A stretch of DNA of 64,000 bases from assembly GCA_000002445.1 (NCBI GenBank), contig CH464491.1:448001-512000 (forward strand). Direction: 5' to 3'. The stretch comes from Trypanosoma brucei (Eukaryota). Position numbers and translations under genes: made by a program. Of the stretch, positions 10,271-21,808 are shown piece after piece. How positions within the stretch are numbered: the stretch's first letter is position 1; the number at the start of each line of letters is the position of its first letter. The notes beneath the pieces are model-generated. The model saw only the letters and a program-made list of their open reading frames with translations. It searched no databases and was not told the origin of the DNA.

Positions 10271-13200
10271 GAGGGGAAGATAATGCATTTGAGTGCCAAA
10301 ACTACAAATGGCTCTCGCGCAACAGGACAGGGGCCACATCCCCACGGCATTAAATGGTTGCCACTGGCCCAAGGGATGCTGCGCTGTATTGTTTCAACAG
10401 CACATAAGCAAAAACACATAAATATGTGCAACACCGATTATCTCGGGATGCTGATGCTCCCACTCGCCTACATATGAAGGCAGTGGGTCTCAATGCATAC
10501 CTCGTTAAATGTGAACCCAACGATAACGATATTCTGTGGGACAGATTCAAATAGATGAGACAACAGAGTAGTGTGCAGGCATTCGATACGTACAACAGTC
10601 AGACCTGTTGAGTTTGATTTAGTATTCAATAAGCGCGCTCATAAAGTAAGGCATATTGACCTTCACGTACACATAATCGTTGTTTCCATCACACTGCCGC
10701 GTCTGTTGTGCATTCCCCCCATTTTCTTATCCACCTTCCCACCCAGATACCACAAACAAACCGCATGATCTCTCTTACACTTTCGAGCCAATACCGTCAC
10801 CGAAAGTATACTGACAGGCAGCCAGACAGGGTAAGATTTGGTTCTAATGACATAATGCTGCGTAGAGCAAAGGTAGTGGGGGGGGGGGAAAAAAAAGGAT
10901 GTGGAGAGGGATGGAGGAAGGAAGGGAACGAGCTGCATAGCAGGCCATTGCTCAGCCGAAAGGTGATTTTTGATGTTCCGTTATCAATGCATCGCTCAAA
11001 CTGTTTGGACCTCGAACAACAATTATGCATCACAGCATCAGTGGCCAAAAAGAAAACTAGTAGCACACATATACACACACACGAACATAAACATAAACAT
11101 AAACACGGGATGAATGACCTATGAGGAAGAGGGTGGATAAAAACAAAATAATAAGGATGGATGATACTCGATTCAGTGTGAGCTGAGTTAAAAATTATGT
11201 CTTCAAAATGGCTCTACTGCCGTCAGGCTGACAGGAAACTATTGACTGTCATCATTAGAGGGGAAGATAATGCATTTGAGTGCCAAAACTACAAATGGCT
11301 CTCGCGCAACAGGACAGGGGCCACATCCCCACGGCATTAAATGGTTGCCACTGGCCCAAGGGATGCTGCGCTGTATTGTTTCAACAGCACATAAGCAAAA
11401 ACACATAAATATGTGCAACACCGATTATCTCGGGATGCTGATGCTCCCACTCGCCTACATATGAAGGCAGTGGGTCTCAATGCATACCTCGTTAAATGTG
11501 AACCCAACGATAACGATATTCTGTGGGACAGATTCAAATAGATGAGACAACAGAGTAGTGTGCAGGCATTCAATACGTACAACAGTCAGACCTGTTGAGT
11601 TTGATTTAGTATTCAATAAGCGCGCTCATAAAGTAAGGCATATTGACCTTCACGTACACATAATCGTTGTTTCCATCACACTGCCGCGTCTGTTGTGCAT
11701 TCCCCCCATTTTCTTATCCACCTTCCCACCCAGATACCACAAACAAACCGCATGATCTCTCTTACACTTTCGAGCCAATACCGTCACCGAAAGTATACTG
11801 ACAGGCAGCTAGACAGGGTAAGATTTGGTTCTAATGACATAATGCTGCGTAGAGCAAAGGTAGTGGGGGGGGAAAAAAAAGGATGTGGAGAGGGATGGAG
11901 GGAGGAAGGGAACGAGCTGCATAGCAGGCCATTGCTCAGCCGAAAGGTGATTTTTGATGTTCCGTTATCAATGCATCGCTCAAACTGTTTGGACCTCGAA
12001 CAACAATTATGCATCACAGCATCAGTGGCCAAAAAGAAAACTAGTAGCACACATATACACACACACGAACATAAACATAAACATAAACATAAACAGGGAT
12101 GAATGACCTATGAGGAAGAGGGTGGATAAAAACAAAATAATAAGGATGGATGATACTCGATTCAGTGTGAGCTGAGTTAAAAATTATGTCTTCAAAATGG
12201 CTCTACTGCCGTCAGGCTGACAGGAAACTATTGACTGTCATCATTAGAGGGGAAGATAATGCATTTGAGTGCCAAAACTACAAATGGCTCTCGCGCAACA
12301 GGACAGGGGCCACATCCCCACGGCATTAAATGGTTGCCACTGGCCCAAGGGATGCTGCGCTGTATTGTTTCAACAGCACATAAGCAAAAACACATAAATA
12401 TGTGCAACACCGATTATCTCGGGATGCTGATGCTCCCACTCGCCTACATATGAAGGCAGTGGGTCTCAATGCATACCTCGTTAAATGTGAACCCAACGAT
12501 AACGATATTCTGTGGGACAGATTCAAATAGATGAGACAACAGAGTAGTGTGCAGGCATTCAATACGTACAACAGTCAGACCTGTTGAGTTTGATTTAGTA
12601 TTCAATAAGCGCGCTCATAAAGTAAGGCATATTGACCTTCACGTACACATAATCGTTGTTTCCATCACACTGCCGCGTCTGTTGTGCATTCCCCCCATTT
12701 TCTTATCCACCTTCCCACCCAGATACCACAAACAAACCGCACGATCTCTCTTACACTTTCGAGCCAATACCGTCACCGAAAGTATACTGACAGGCAGCTA
12801 GACAGGGTAAGATTTGGTTCTAATGACATAATGCTGCGTAGAGCAAAGGTAGTGGGGGGGGAAAAAAAAGGATGTGGAGAGGGATGGAGGAAGGAAGGGA
12901 ACGAGCTGCATAGCAGGCCATTGCTCAGCCGAAAGGTGATTTTTGATGTTCCGTTATCAATGCATCGCTCAAACTGTTTGGACCTCGAACAACAATTATG
13001 CATCACAGCATCAGTGGCCAAAAAGAAAACTAGTAGCACACATATACACACACACGAACATAAACATAAACATAAACATAAACAGGGATGAATGACCTAT
13101 GAGGAAGAGGGTGGATAAAAACAAAATAATAAGGATGGATGATACTCGATTCAGTGTGAGCTGAGTTAAAAATTATGTCTTCAAAATGGCTCTACTGCCG

Positions 13201-14826
13201 TCAGGCTGACAGGAAACTATTGACTGTCATCATTAGAGGGGAAGATAATGCATTTGAGTGCCAAAACTACAAATGGCTCTCGCGCAACAGGACAGGGGCC
13301 ACATCCCCACGGCATTAAATGGTTGCCACTGGCCCAAGGGATGCTGCGCTGTATTGTTTCAACAGCACATAAGCAAAAACACATAAATATGTGCAACACC
13401 GATTATCTCGGGATGCTGATGCTCCCATTCGCCTACATATGAAGGCAGTGGGTCTCAATGCATACCTCGTTAAATGTGAACCCAACGATAACGATATTCT
13501 GTGGGACAGATTCAAATAGATGAGACAACAGAGTAGTGTGCAGGCATTCAATACGTACAACAGTCAGACCTGTTGAGTTTGATTTAGTATTCAATAAGCG
13601 CGCTCTTTTTTTTTGGGAGAGGGTTACTTCTATTTGCTATATTATTTTTCTTGAACTGCAATGCCTTGCGTGAAGAAAATTATGAGGTGAAAAAAAAAGG
13701 TGTCAAGTTTTTGCTGTTATGGAATTGGTTTTTTTAATGCTTACTTGCTAAACTTTTTTTTTTTGGAGCAGAAGTGTTTACACATTTTCTTTTTTTCAAC
13801 TCATCATCCTGTCTTCCATTTTGTTATGTAACTGATCTTTATACAAATAAGAATGGATATTTGCAATGGAGAACGTATCGGTAGGATGGATGTGAGTTCT
13901 GACCCTTTATTCTGTGATCAGTTGTGGGATTTGCAATATATCTCTCGTGCGTTTTTTTAGAAAAAATATACCAAAGGATGAACAACTTAATGGTAAACGT
14001 TGGATCTTTTCTGCCGAATTTTTTCTTTCTTTTCTTCCATAACTTTTTTTTCTTGGAAGGTGGTTCTTTTCTTAACTTCTACCAAAGCATCGCCGCGTTA
14101 TGCAGTGCAAAGAGGCGAGTTTTTTTTATGTCGATCGAACCACCCTTTAAAAACAAGCAAAACCACGGATACGTAAACGTGTTAATGAGGTTGAGTGATA
14201 GCTTTTGTGACCAATCACCTCACGTGTGGTAACGGTAAGTAAAACAAAACGATGTAAAATGCGGCAAGGCAACAACGCATATGCGCAGTCACTTATATAC
14301 GAACAAATAACGAAATGACATATATATAATGGCAATTCATAAAAAGTGAGAGTAACCATGCCTTTGCAGTTGTGGAATCGTTGTTTTCCCTATTTCATCG
14401 ATTCCCTTGGTGGTTTGCCTTCATATGAAGCTGTGTCGGGCGCTTTCGACATACCCATCAATGCAACAATTCAAACTTGCACTCAGTCACTTTTTCCTTT
14501 TCCCCGTATCGGCGTGAGCTCTACGCTATTTCTCCTCCACTCTGTAGATATTGAGACGCTTGAACGATAACGTATATGAAATGCCCAGCAGTTGCAACCG
14601 CAAGCTTACACATGGATCACTGGACCTTTCCCATGCATAAAGCTAAATGCCATCTCCGAGGCAAGGCAAGAGAGTCGTGAAATACATGATCAAACGAAAA
14701 AATACGAAATGAGGCGACAAACGGCGGACTTCGCTCCGCCCAATAACTCAAATAAATAACACGCACCATATCCTGATTGCTTTACATAACATCCATCTCG
14801 CCACCCCTCGTCAGAACAAACAATTC

Positions 14827-16101
14827 TTAAAGACTGTTGATCAAATCTTTCGTAATGTTCTTGTGATGTGCCTCGAGTGTGCCGCCGCCGATCTCAAGCA
14901 ACTTCGCATCCCGCCACAGCCGCTCCACCGGCATATCACGCGCATATCCCATACCACCCATAACTTGCATGGCGTTGTCAGCCGCCCGCTTCGCAACAGG
15001 CGCTGCAAACAATTTTACCGCATCGCTCCCCAGGCGGTTGCAATTTCCTGGCGCCACACTCCTGCTTACAGCATATGTAAGTGATTTGGCCGCCTCCGTT
15101 TCTGCAAACGTCTCGGCAATGTAGCGCTGAATCTGTCCATAATTCCAAATGTGTTTACCAAACGTCTTACGCTCATTGGCATAACACGTCATGAGTTCCA
15201 CGCAACGATCAGCAATACCCACCGCCATTGCGGCCAATGTGAGACGCTCAACCTCCAGGTTACGCATCATTGCCACAAGCCCTTTCCCTTCAGTGCCGAG
15301 CAGATTCTCCTCTCCAAGCACCACATTATCGAAGAAAAGTTGACACATGTGAGACCCACGCATGCCGCACTTGTCAATCTTCTTCCCCACAGAAAACCCC
15401 GATGCACCCTTCTCTACAACGAACGCGGTGATTTTGCCGTCAACCTTTGCATACACAAGAACAAGGTCAGCAACGGTACCATTTGTCACCCACGTCTTGC
15501 CACCGTTAAGAATATACTTTCCATTACTTTCTTTTGTCGCAGTGGTCAGCATACCAAGAACATCTGTACCCGCACCGGGTTCCGACATGCCCATTGCACC
15601 TATGTGCTCGCCTGTAAGCACTTTGGGGAGCCACCGCTCCCGTTGTGCCGCTGTGGAAGCATGATAGAAGTTGTTCACAAAAAGCATCGAGTGAGCCAAG
15701 TAGGCGAGACAAAAGCCTGGATCCACTTTGGAAAGCTCGTGGTGGATAACAACCGCTGCCGTGGCGTCCATTCCAGCACCACCGTCTCCCTCAGGAATGG
15801 TTACACCGAGTACACCAAGGTCACCCAACTCGCGTAGGAGATCAACATTAAAATGCATGTCAATATCGCTCTGTTTTGCCTGCGTTTCAACCCGCTCCGC
15901 TGCGAATCTTTGAACCGTTTCACGCAGCATCTTGTGTTCAGGTGTTGGGTTTAAAAGATAATCCAAGTTAACGGTCGTCGAAGGAGAGAAAAAACGGAGA
16001 CCACATGGTGCTACCAGCGCAGTGTAGTGTCGTCTAATAGACGCTAAACGATACGAGCGCATGCTCAACAGGGGGAAATGAAACAAAACGCTCAAATTCA
16101 A
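14827..16101 (-). CDS. IVD: Isovaleryl-CoA dehydrogenase-like acyl-CoA dehydrogenase, with a mitochondrial presequence.
   Basis: The 424-aa ORF has ACAD family motifs: GAMGMSEPGAGTDV, NGGKTWVTNG, YAKVDGKITAFVVEK, and a C-terminal LEIGGGTLEAHHKNITKDL. The N-terminus (MRSYRLASIRRHYTAL) looks like a mitochondrial presequence. Confidence 0.85.
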   Translation of the reverse strand: MNLSVLFHFPLLSMRSYRLASIRRHYTALVAPCGLRFFSPSTTVNLDYLLNPTPEHKMLRETVQRFAAERVETQAKQSDIDMHFNVDLLRELGDLGVLGVTIPEGDGGAGMDATAAVVIHHELSKVDPGFCLAYLAHSMLFVNNFYHASTAAQRERWLPKVLTGEHIGAMGMSEPGAGTDVLGMLTTATKESNGKYILNGGKTWVTNGTVADLVLVYAKVDGKITAFVVEKGASGFSVGKKIDKCGMRGSHMCQLFFDNVVLGEENLLGTEGKGLVAMMRNLEVERLTLAAMAVGIADRCVELMTCYANERKTFGKHIWNYGQIQRYIAETFAETEAAKSLTYAVSRSVAPGNCNRLGSDAVKLFAAPVAKRAADNAMQVMGGMGYARDMPVERLWRDAKLLEIGGGTLEAHHKNITKDLINSL

Positions 16102-16838
16102 TAAGGCTCCTGTTTTCCCCCTCTTTTAATTCCCCACAAGTACAAGTTTCTTTTTCGATAATACCAACGAGATGCCGCAACAATCCACTACCCTCCCGGT
16201 AGTGTCAGCAGTTTCCCCCTTAATTTTCCACTTCCCCCACGATTATCCTCTACCCACCAGTTGGCTGCGCAGCGTCTAAGCACAGCACAAACAGTCACCG
16301 GCGCGTGAAAAAAAAAAAACTTATTCTGTCAAAGGTTTGTCGTCCGATGGCCTCCCGTTTTCGCTTGTTTTTATCCCTACTACTTTTCCCTTCCCTTCAA
16401 TTTTTTTTCAGGCACTGCGTATTTTGGGATGCAACGATGTGTGCAGACACTATCGAGGGAAGAACGAAAGATAGGAAGAAGGCTACAAAACAACAAGTGT
16501 ATTACTAAAAGTGAAGCAGAAGCAAATCCACAGCAAAAAAGGGAGCTCATGTAAACCTCCCCCCCCCTTCTTTTACAGGAAGCCACAAAGTGAGGGGAGC
16601 GATGCGGTCAGCTCACGCTTGCACAAGATCAAACAACAACAACCACAACAACCGACAAATAAGGTAGCGACACTTCCCTTCCTCGAACCAATCCTTCGTC
16701 CCTCTTCTCCAGCTCAGTTTCCAACCACTTTGCCGTTACCGAACCCGACAATATACCTCAAAACCGACACAAACAATATCAGGGAGAACGTACCGCCGTA
16801 GTTTTAAAACATACAAACTGCTTTATGCCATCAGCCAT

Positions 16839-18413
16839 TCATTTTACACCTCCATCGCAGACTCGCACATCTGCAACTGCTTGCTTCTCGGGATGAAAGC
16901 TCATGAAAGTAATCTTCCCATCCTCACTCTCCAAGAACCTCATGTGTCGCACCTGCAGCAGGTCCTGCTCCGCAGCAGTCAATTCATCCACCTTCACCTG
17001 AGACATTAAGCGACGCGTTTCATCCAACAGGAACTCTGAAGAGAAAGAGTTCGTCAACTTTTCACCCTGGTTAACGCTCTCCTCTTTTATTACCATGTGA
17101 ATTGGAGAAGAAAAGCGACCACGGAGCCCCAATACAGCAATGCATTGTTCCAACGGTGAAAAGCACGGTAGAGGGGATTCCGACACGGGTCGGATCTTTC
17201 CTAACAATCCCTTAACGTGCGATGCTCCCTTCAGCATCCCCGCTGTCGGTTTCTTCGTATGTGCTCGAAATTTGTAATCGTAGCACTGACCGGCCACGAT
17301 GGATCTGAGAGCCCACACTGCACCTTTCAACAGCTCCACACCTTCCTCTATCGCCTCCCTCGAGAGTGGGGACTCCTTCATTGTCATTTGTTTAATTTTA
17401 GACATGTACTTGGCCGGTGAACTGACGTCTTTCACTGCCATTACGGCGCGCAGAAACTCAATATCCACATCGAAACCCTCTCCACGTATGAGTGATCTCT
17501 TAAAATAACCACAGTGGAGACGAAGTTCTCTGTAACGACGCCAGAAAACAAGAGCCACCTTTCCAATTCCCTCAAACCAGTCGCCTCCACTAAGCAGCAT
17601 TAGGAAGACGAAATCAATACGATACGACGGTAACAAATCGGGTCGTATTTGATTCCCCGGTGAAGACGACCCCCAGTGTTTGAAAAGTTCACCAACATCG
17701 GTCAGAGCGTAGTCTCGGGGATCCACTATGGTGAATTTGGTATATGGAGTGCAGGCAACACCAACTAGCACCAAGTCGGAATCATTTCCGACGACTATAA
17801 TTTCATCATCTCCCGTATATGTTTGTGACTTCCGTTGCTCCAGCCAGATGGTACGCAAGACACAAACCACTTTTAGCTCGCCTTCACCACCTTCAGCGCA
17901 GCCACTCATAATAATTGTGTAATTCCTTCCCTCTCCCGGTGGCACACAAAATTCACCACCAATCCCAAATGCACATCTCACCGCATCTTCGCACGCAAGT
18001 AAAAATTCAGACCCCGCGATAATTTCTTCGCGTGAAAATGAGATTTCCTGCCCAATGTAGTCGTGATTGTATCTTAACTCGAGCGAACTTGTACACTCGC
18101 TACTGTGTCGCTTGTTATACGATGCACGCCGGGTCTTCTGTGTCTGAAGTTTGGCGCAAGGCGCAACCCCGTCAAAGAGAATCACAAGGGTTTCACTGGG
18201 GGGAAATGCGGAAATGAGCTTCTGCACAGCCTCAACTACTCCTTCAATCACTGACTTGGTGGTGAAAACATTGGTTGGCACGATATAATGAACAATGGCA
18301 TTCATATCTAAAAGCAGGTGGTTGGTCCTCTTGACGACACCGTCCCTGCCCCTGCTCGAACTTCTGACGAGACCATGTTTCTCGACATAATTTCGTAGCC
18401 CCTTGGTGCCCAT
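16839..18413 (-). CDS. XRN-family 5'-3' exoribonuclease N-domain protein. It is short (524 aa) and lacks the long C-terminal extension of XRN1/XRN2.
   Basis: MGTKGL...HLLLDMNAIVHY matches XRN MGVPKFF...LYLDMNGIIH. LVILFDGVAPCAKLQTQKTRR matches VFFMAVDGVAPRAKMNQQRGRR. DFVFLMLLSGGDWFEGIG matches the XRN (D/N)DF(L/I)P block. Confidence 0.7.
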   Translation of the reverse strand: MGTKGLRNYVEKHGLVRSSSRGRDGVVKRTNHLLLDMNAIVHYIVPTNVFTTKSVIEGVVEAVQKLISAFPPSETLVILFDGVAPCAKLQTQKTRRASYNKRHSSECTSSLELRYNHDYIGQEISFSREEIIAGSEFLLACEDAVRCAFGIGGEFCVPPGEGRNYTIIMSGCAEGGEGELKVVCVLRTIWLEQRKSQTYTGDDEIIVVGNDSDLVLVGVACTPYTKFTIVDPRDYALTDVGELFKHWGSSSPGNQIRPDLLPSYRIDFVFLMLLSGGDWFEGIGKVALVFWRRYRELRLHCGYFKRSLIRGEGFDVDIEFLRAVMAVKDVSSPAKYMSKIKQMTMKESPLSREAIEEGVELLKGAVWALRSIVAGQCYDYKFRAHTKKPTAGMLKGASHVKGLLGKIRPVSESPLPCFSPLEQCIAVLGLRGRFSSPIHMVIKEESVNQGEKLTNSFSSEFLLDETRRLMSQVKVDELTAAEQDLLQVRHMRFLESEDGKITFMSFHPEKQAVADVRVCDGGVK

Positions 18414-19678
18414 AACAATTTTCTCTGTGGCACCTTCCCTTCAAAAATAAACAAATAAATAAACGCAGTTTAGGGTAGCGTAGAGTAGTGTAAACGGGAA
18501 GAAAAAGTAAACTCAGCACTGGAGCAACGGCCCTTGCATGCGAAAACAAGTGCACTGAGGGAAAGAAAAGGTGCTATTTCTTTAGGAACCGGAATGTAAA
18601 TTACAGCATCTGAGTAAAAATTCGGGCAATCAGTAAAACCGCAGAACATCGAAAAGAGGCGGTTATTTCACGGAGGAAATGGCACACAGATTATGATAAG
18701 GCAATGTTTTCCGTGGTTCCGCCACAAGCGCGCACCACCTAGTGGGAGACACGGTGAAGTTGAATGTCAACACGACAATTTATAAAATTCTCATTCCGAA
18801 AAGTTCTATAAACGGTCATCACATTCACACGTTGCTCCTCTGACAATATGAAAACTGATTGAGCCGCATTAAACATCATTTCATGTACATCTCTCACCTT
18901 AATCACTTATTTACTGGATTCTCGGTAGTAAAGTCGCTCCATGTTTTGCGAAGATGCCTCCACACACACACGCACACACGCCTACAGTAGCACCAAATTG
19001 CATGAAACATTTCTGAATGTAATGAGTCATTAAGACATAAAAACATATGAACATATAAATATATATATATTTATATGTTTTTATGGGTGTACGGATGAAG
19101 TAACACCACGACATTTGTGCTCGCACCACCGCAAGCAGATTCAACCTTAATGATTTTCACCAGCTCTGGATTTACAATCATCAGCACCTGCTTTACTGTA
19201 TTAATGCACCGTTAGGCGAGCTAAACGTATGCACACACATTTCTCCCCTTCTTTATGGTATTTTTTTTCTTTTCGGTTTTGACTCAACAGAAATGAATAC
19301 CTTGTATACCTTTACTCTTCAACATTACCGAAAGTGATGAAAGTGTTGAATTATTATTATTATTATTTTGACGGTTGTGCGCGTATGTCCGTACGGCATC
19401 TGTCCACTTTCCCCCATCTAAAAAAAAAAAACAGCTCAACCTTGCCCACTTTGTTTTTTATTTCCTCCACAACCACTCCATCCTTCCCCACTCGAGCAAA
19501 CCACATCCCTTCCAGACATACTTTTTCTTTTTCTTTTCATGCCTTTGTCCATGTGGTGATGATAATTGTTATTAGCGTAAAATAACAAGACGTAAAACAT
19601 GAAAAAATAAATAAATAAAAATAAAGATAAAAATGAAGATAAAAAAGGAAGCGTGGAAAGGCATCACCTGAATTACAA

Positions 19679-20674
19679 CTACAATTTCTCCACCCACTTC
19701 TCATAACCCTCCCAGGGAGTGGACTCTCTGCAAATATCTTTTAATCCGCCCTCGCCCTGCTGGAACACCATAAAATGAGGAATTCCAGTCACCTTAATGA
19801 ACGGATGCGTGCGGTAGAGATATTTTGGGTTACCCAAATATACGGAGCGTTCAACATTGCATTGCACATAAACGACGCGGCGCTTCTCCTTCGCTGCCTT
19901 CACTGCGCGCTGCACCATTGGCTCTGCAAGAACACACGGAGGACACCACGACTTGTGGGTTTTGGGATGCGACACACCTTTTATAAGCACCACAAGGATA
20001 TCACCGGGTTGCAGTGCGGCTTTGACCTTCTCAAGTGTAGCATCGAAGTCCCTTGGATTTTTTACCAGAATGTTATCTGTATCATTCGCTGGGCCCATCG
20101 CTGTTTCGACTGGCGGATTGTTAATAAAAAACATGTGCTCCTCATGCGCTTCCACCGCTTCCTTGACAAGTGCTTCGGAAAGTCCAGCGGTGTCACGAGG
20201 AATGGGGCGAAAGGTTTCTGCGCGTCTGAAAAGACGGAGGCAAGTGGCGGGTCCCGAGTTGGAAGAAACAACTCGATGATACATTCCGGGGGGGAGAACA
20301 ATCACGTCACCCATTTTCCCCTCAATGCGTACCCACTCATCCTTCTCATTGCGCACATCCACATAAATAATACCACTTTCCACAATTCGCATTTGTTCAT
20401 CCACGTTAAGGTGTTCCATACTCTCATCCTTCGACGGTGTGGTAAACGTAACCTTCTCCAGTGTTTTGTAACCGAGGTTCCAAATGAGTCGCTGGGCGTA
20501 CGTACGGCCTTCATCGTCATCGGGGTGGCGTTCGTGAAGTGTTGCGACATCTATGCTGCGACTATAAACAAGAAATGTTTCCAATTGCACATCCGTCACG
20601 GGGACGTCTGGTGAGCAGTGACATGGTGCAGTAATATCACCCTCTTGTGTGTTCAATAACCAACTGCTCGGCAT
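19679..20674 (-). CDS. Acireductone dioxygenase (ARD cupin) fused to a C-terminal TRP14/TXNDC17-type thioredoxin-like domain. The ORF track extends to 20716 through a lysine-rich run that is probably untranslated.
   Basis: ARD core: EHLNVDEQMRIVESGIIYVDVRNEKDEWVRIEGKMGDVIVLPPGMYHRVV...CLRLF, matching human ADI1 [50 protein letters not shown]...AMRLF. C-terminal KSWCPPCVLAEPMV...VTGIPHFMVFQQG matches TXNDC17 KSWCPDCVQAEPVV...VTAVPTLLKYG. Confidence 0.8.
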   Translation of the reverse strand: MPSSWLLNTQEGDITAPCHCSPDVPVTDVQLETFLVYSRSIDVATLHERHPDDDEGRTYAQRLIWNLGYKTLEKVTFTTPSKDESMEHLNVDEQMRIVESGIIYVDVRNEKDEWVRIEGKMGDVIVLPPGMYHRVVSSNSGPATCLRLFRRAETFRPIPRDTAGLSEALVKEAVEAHEEHMFFINNPPVETAMGPANDTDNILVKNPRDFDATLEKVKAALQPGDILVVLIKGVSHPKTHKSWCPPCVLAEPMVQRAVKAAKEKRRVVYVQCNVERSVYLGNPKYLYRTHPFIKVTGIPHFMVFQQGEGGLKDICRESTPWEGYEKWVEKL

Positions 20675-20822
20675 TGTTTGATTCTTCCGTTTTGTTTTCT
20701 TTTTTCTTTTTTGCACCTTTAATTAACTTACCTGCACGGGTTTCGCAAAAGTTGACGATGTCTGTAACCTCGATGGGCCCCTAATTAAAGTCCACGATAT
20801 CGGGAACGGGAAGGAAGAGGAG

Positions 20823-20824
<2 letters not shown>

Positions 20825-20878
<54 letters not shown>
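20825..20878. repeat. (AC)27 microsatellite, which reads as (GT)n on the transcribed strand, in the spacer upstream of the ARD-fusion gene.
   Basis: Read directly. Confidence 0.95.
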
Positions 20879-20879
<1 letters not shown>

Positions 20880-21808
20880 CCAAGGAAAGAAAAAAAAGGA
20901 AAGGAAAGGATAAAAAGATTTTTAAAATATATTTCAAGAATGGTTAAAAAACGTATTGAACAGTGATTGGGAAGAGCTCACAAAACAAAATGATGTTATT
21001 AACTCTCACAAAGTTTTCCCCACTTTTGGAGTCCACATGAATGAGCTGAAGTATACCGCGCAGATTTGTGGTTTCACACATCTCCATATTTTGGGGGAGG
21101 GGGGATCGAAACCGAACCACAGTTAAATGTCGTGTCGCATCATTTCAACAGGACCCGAATGTTTGCCGTCACTTGAAATGTATTTTGACATGCCTCTCAT
21201 CCGGGTGATGTTAAGGGAAAAAGGGAAAGGCAGTAAAACAAAAAACAAAAAAACAAAAAGAAAAAAAATAATAACAACAACAAACAAAAAATAAATACCA
21301 ACTACGCGTGAGAAGGCGAAACTTAAAATGTTATGATGATCTGGACATAAGCCGTCCAACCAGCCCCCGTACAGTTATGGGTTGATTTAATATGTGAAGA
21401 TGCCAATTTTTTTTTGTAATTGCGGCCACATTTAAGTGTTATACCCAATTTATTACCATTCTTAACACCAAATAAACGTCGACTAAACAACATATATAAC
21501 AGTCAAAAATAATTTAGAAAAGAAAAATATAAAACAACTTTTATATACGTTACGGAAGTGGACAGGGGGATCGAAATAAGCTTGCGGTGTGCGTGGAGAG
21601 GGAGGGGAAAGGAACAATAATAACAGTGAAACAAGAAAAAAAAAAGGAAAAAGGTCCGGAGCGAAAAAAAAAAACAAATAGAATTAAAGTGGCCCAGCTA
21701 TGCAGAAGTTATGGAACGGTACGAAAAATATTAAACAGGAGTAATGCACAAAGAGGGGGAGAAGGGAAGATGGCACGACATAAAGTACTGACGCGACTTG
21801 CGCCGACG

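Larger units (their letters stand above)
8435..13606. repeat. Tandem array of about 5.2 copies of a 984-991-bp unit. Unit starts are near 8435, 9426, 10410, 11397, 12386 and 13377. It is non-coding and is a putative reiterated snoRNA gene cluster.
   Basis: Period derived from recurring identical strings (aaaaacacataaatatgtgcaacacc). The ORF track shows the same short ORFs repeating every ~988 bp, with frames shifting at a poly-G tract. That is inconsistent with coding. Confidence 0.9.

Noticed and set aside
8596-13560. Many 60-140-aa ORFs repeating every ~988 bp on both strands inside the tandem array.
   Set aside because: They are identical by descent because of the repeat. Their frames change between copies wherever the poly-G/poly-A tract length changes. 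The translations are low-complexity, for example HTHEHKHKHKH. These are artefacts of the repeat, not genes.
15151-15837. 228-aa plus-strand ORF.
   Set aside because: It is antisense to the isovaleryl-CoA dehydrogenase gene.
19775-20614. 279-aa plus-strand ORF.
   Set aside because: It lies entirely antisense to the ARD-thioredoxin gene, which has strong homology, and shows no domain signal.
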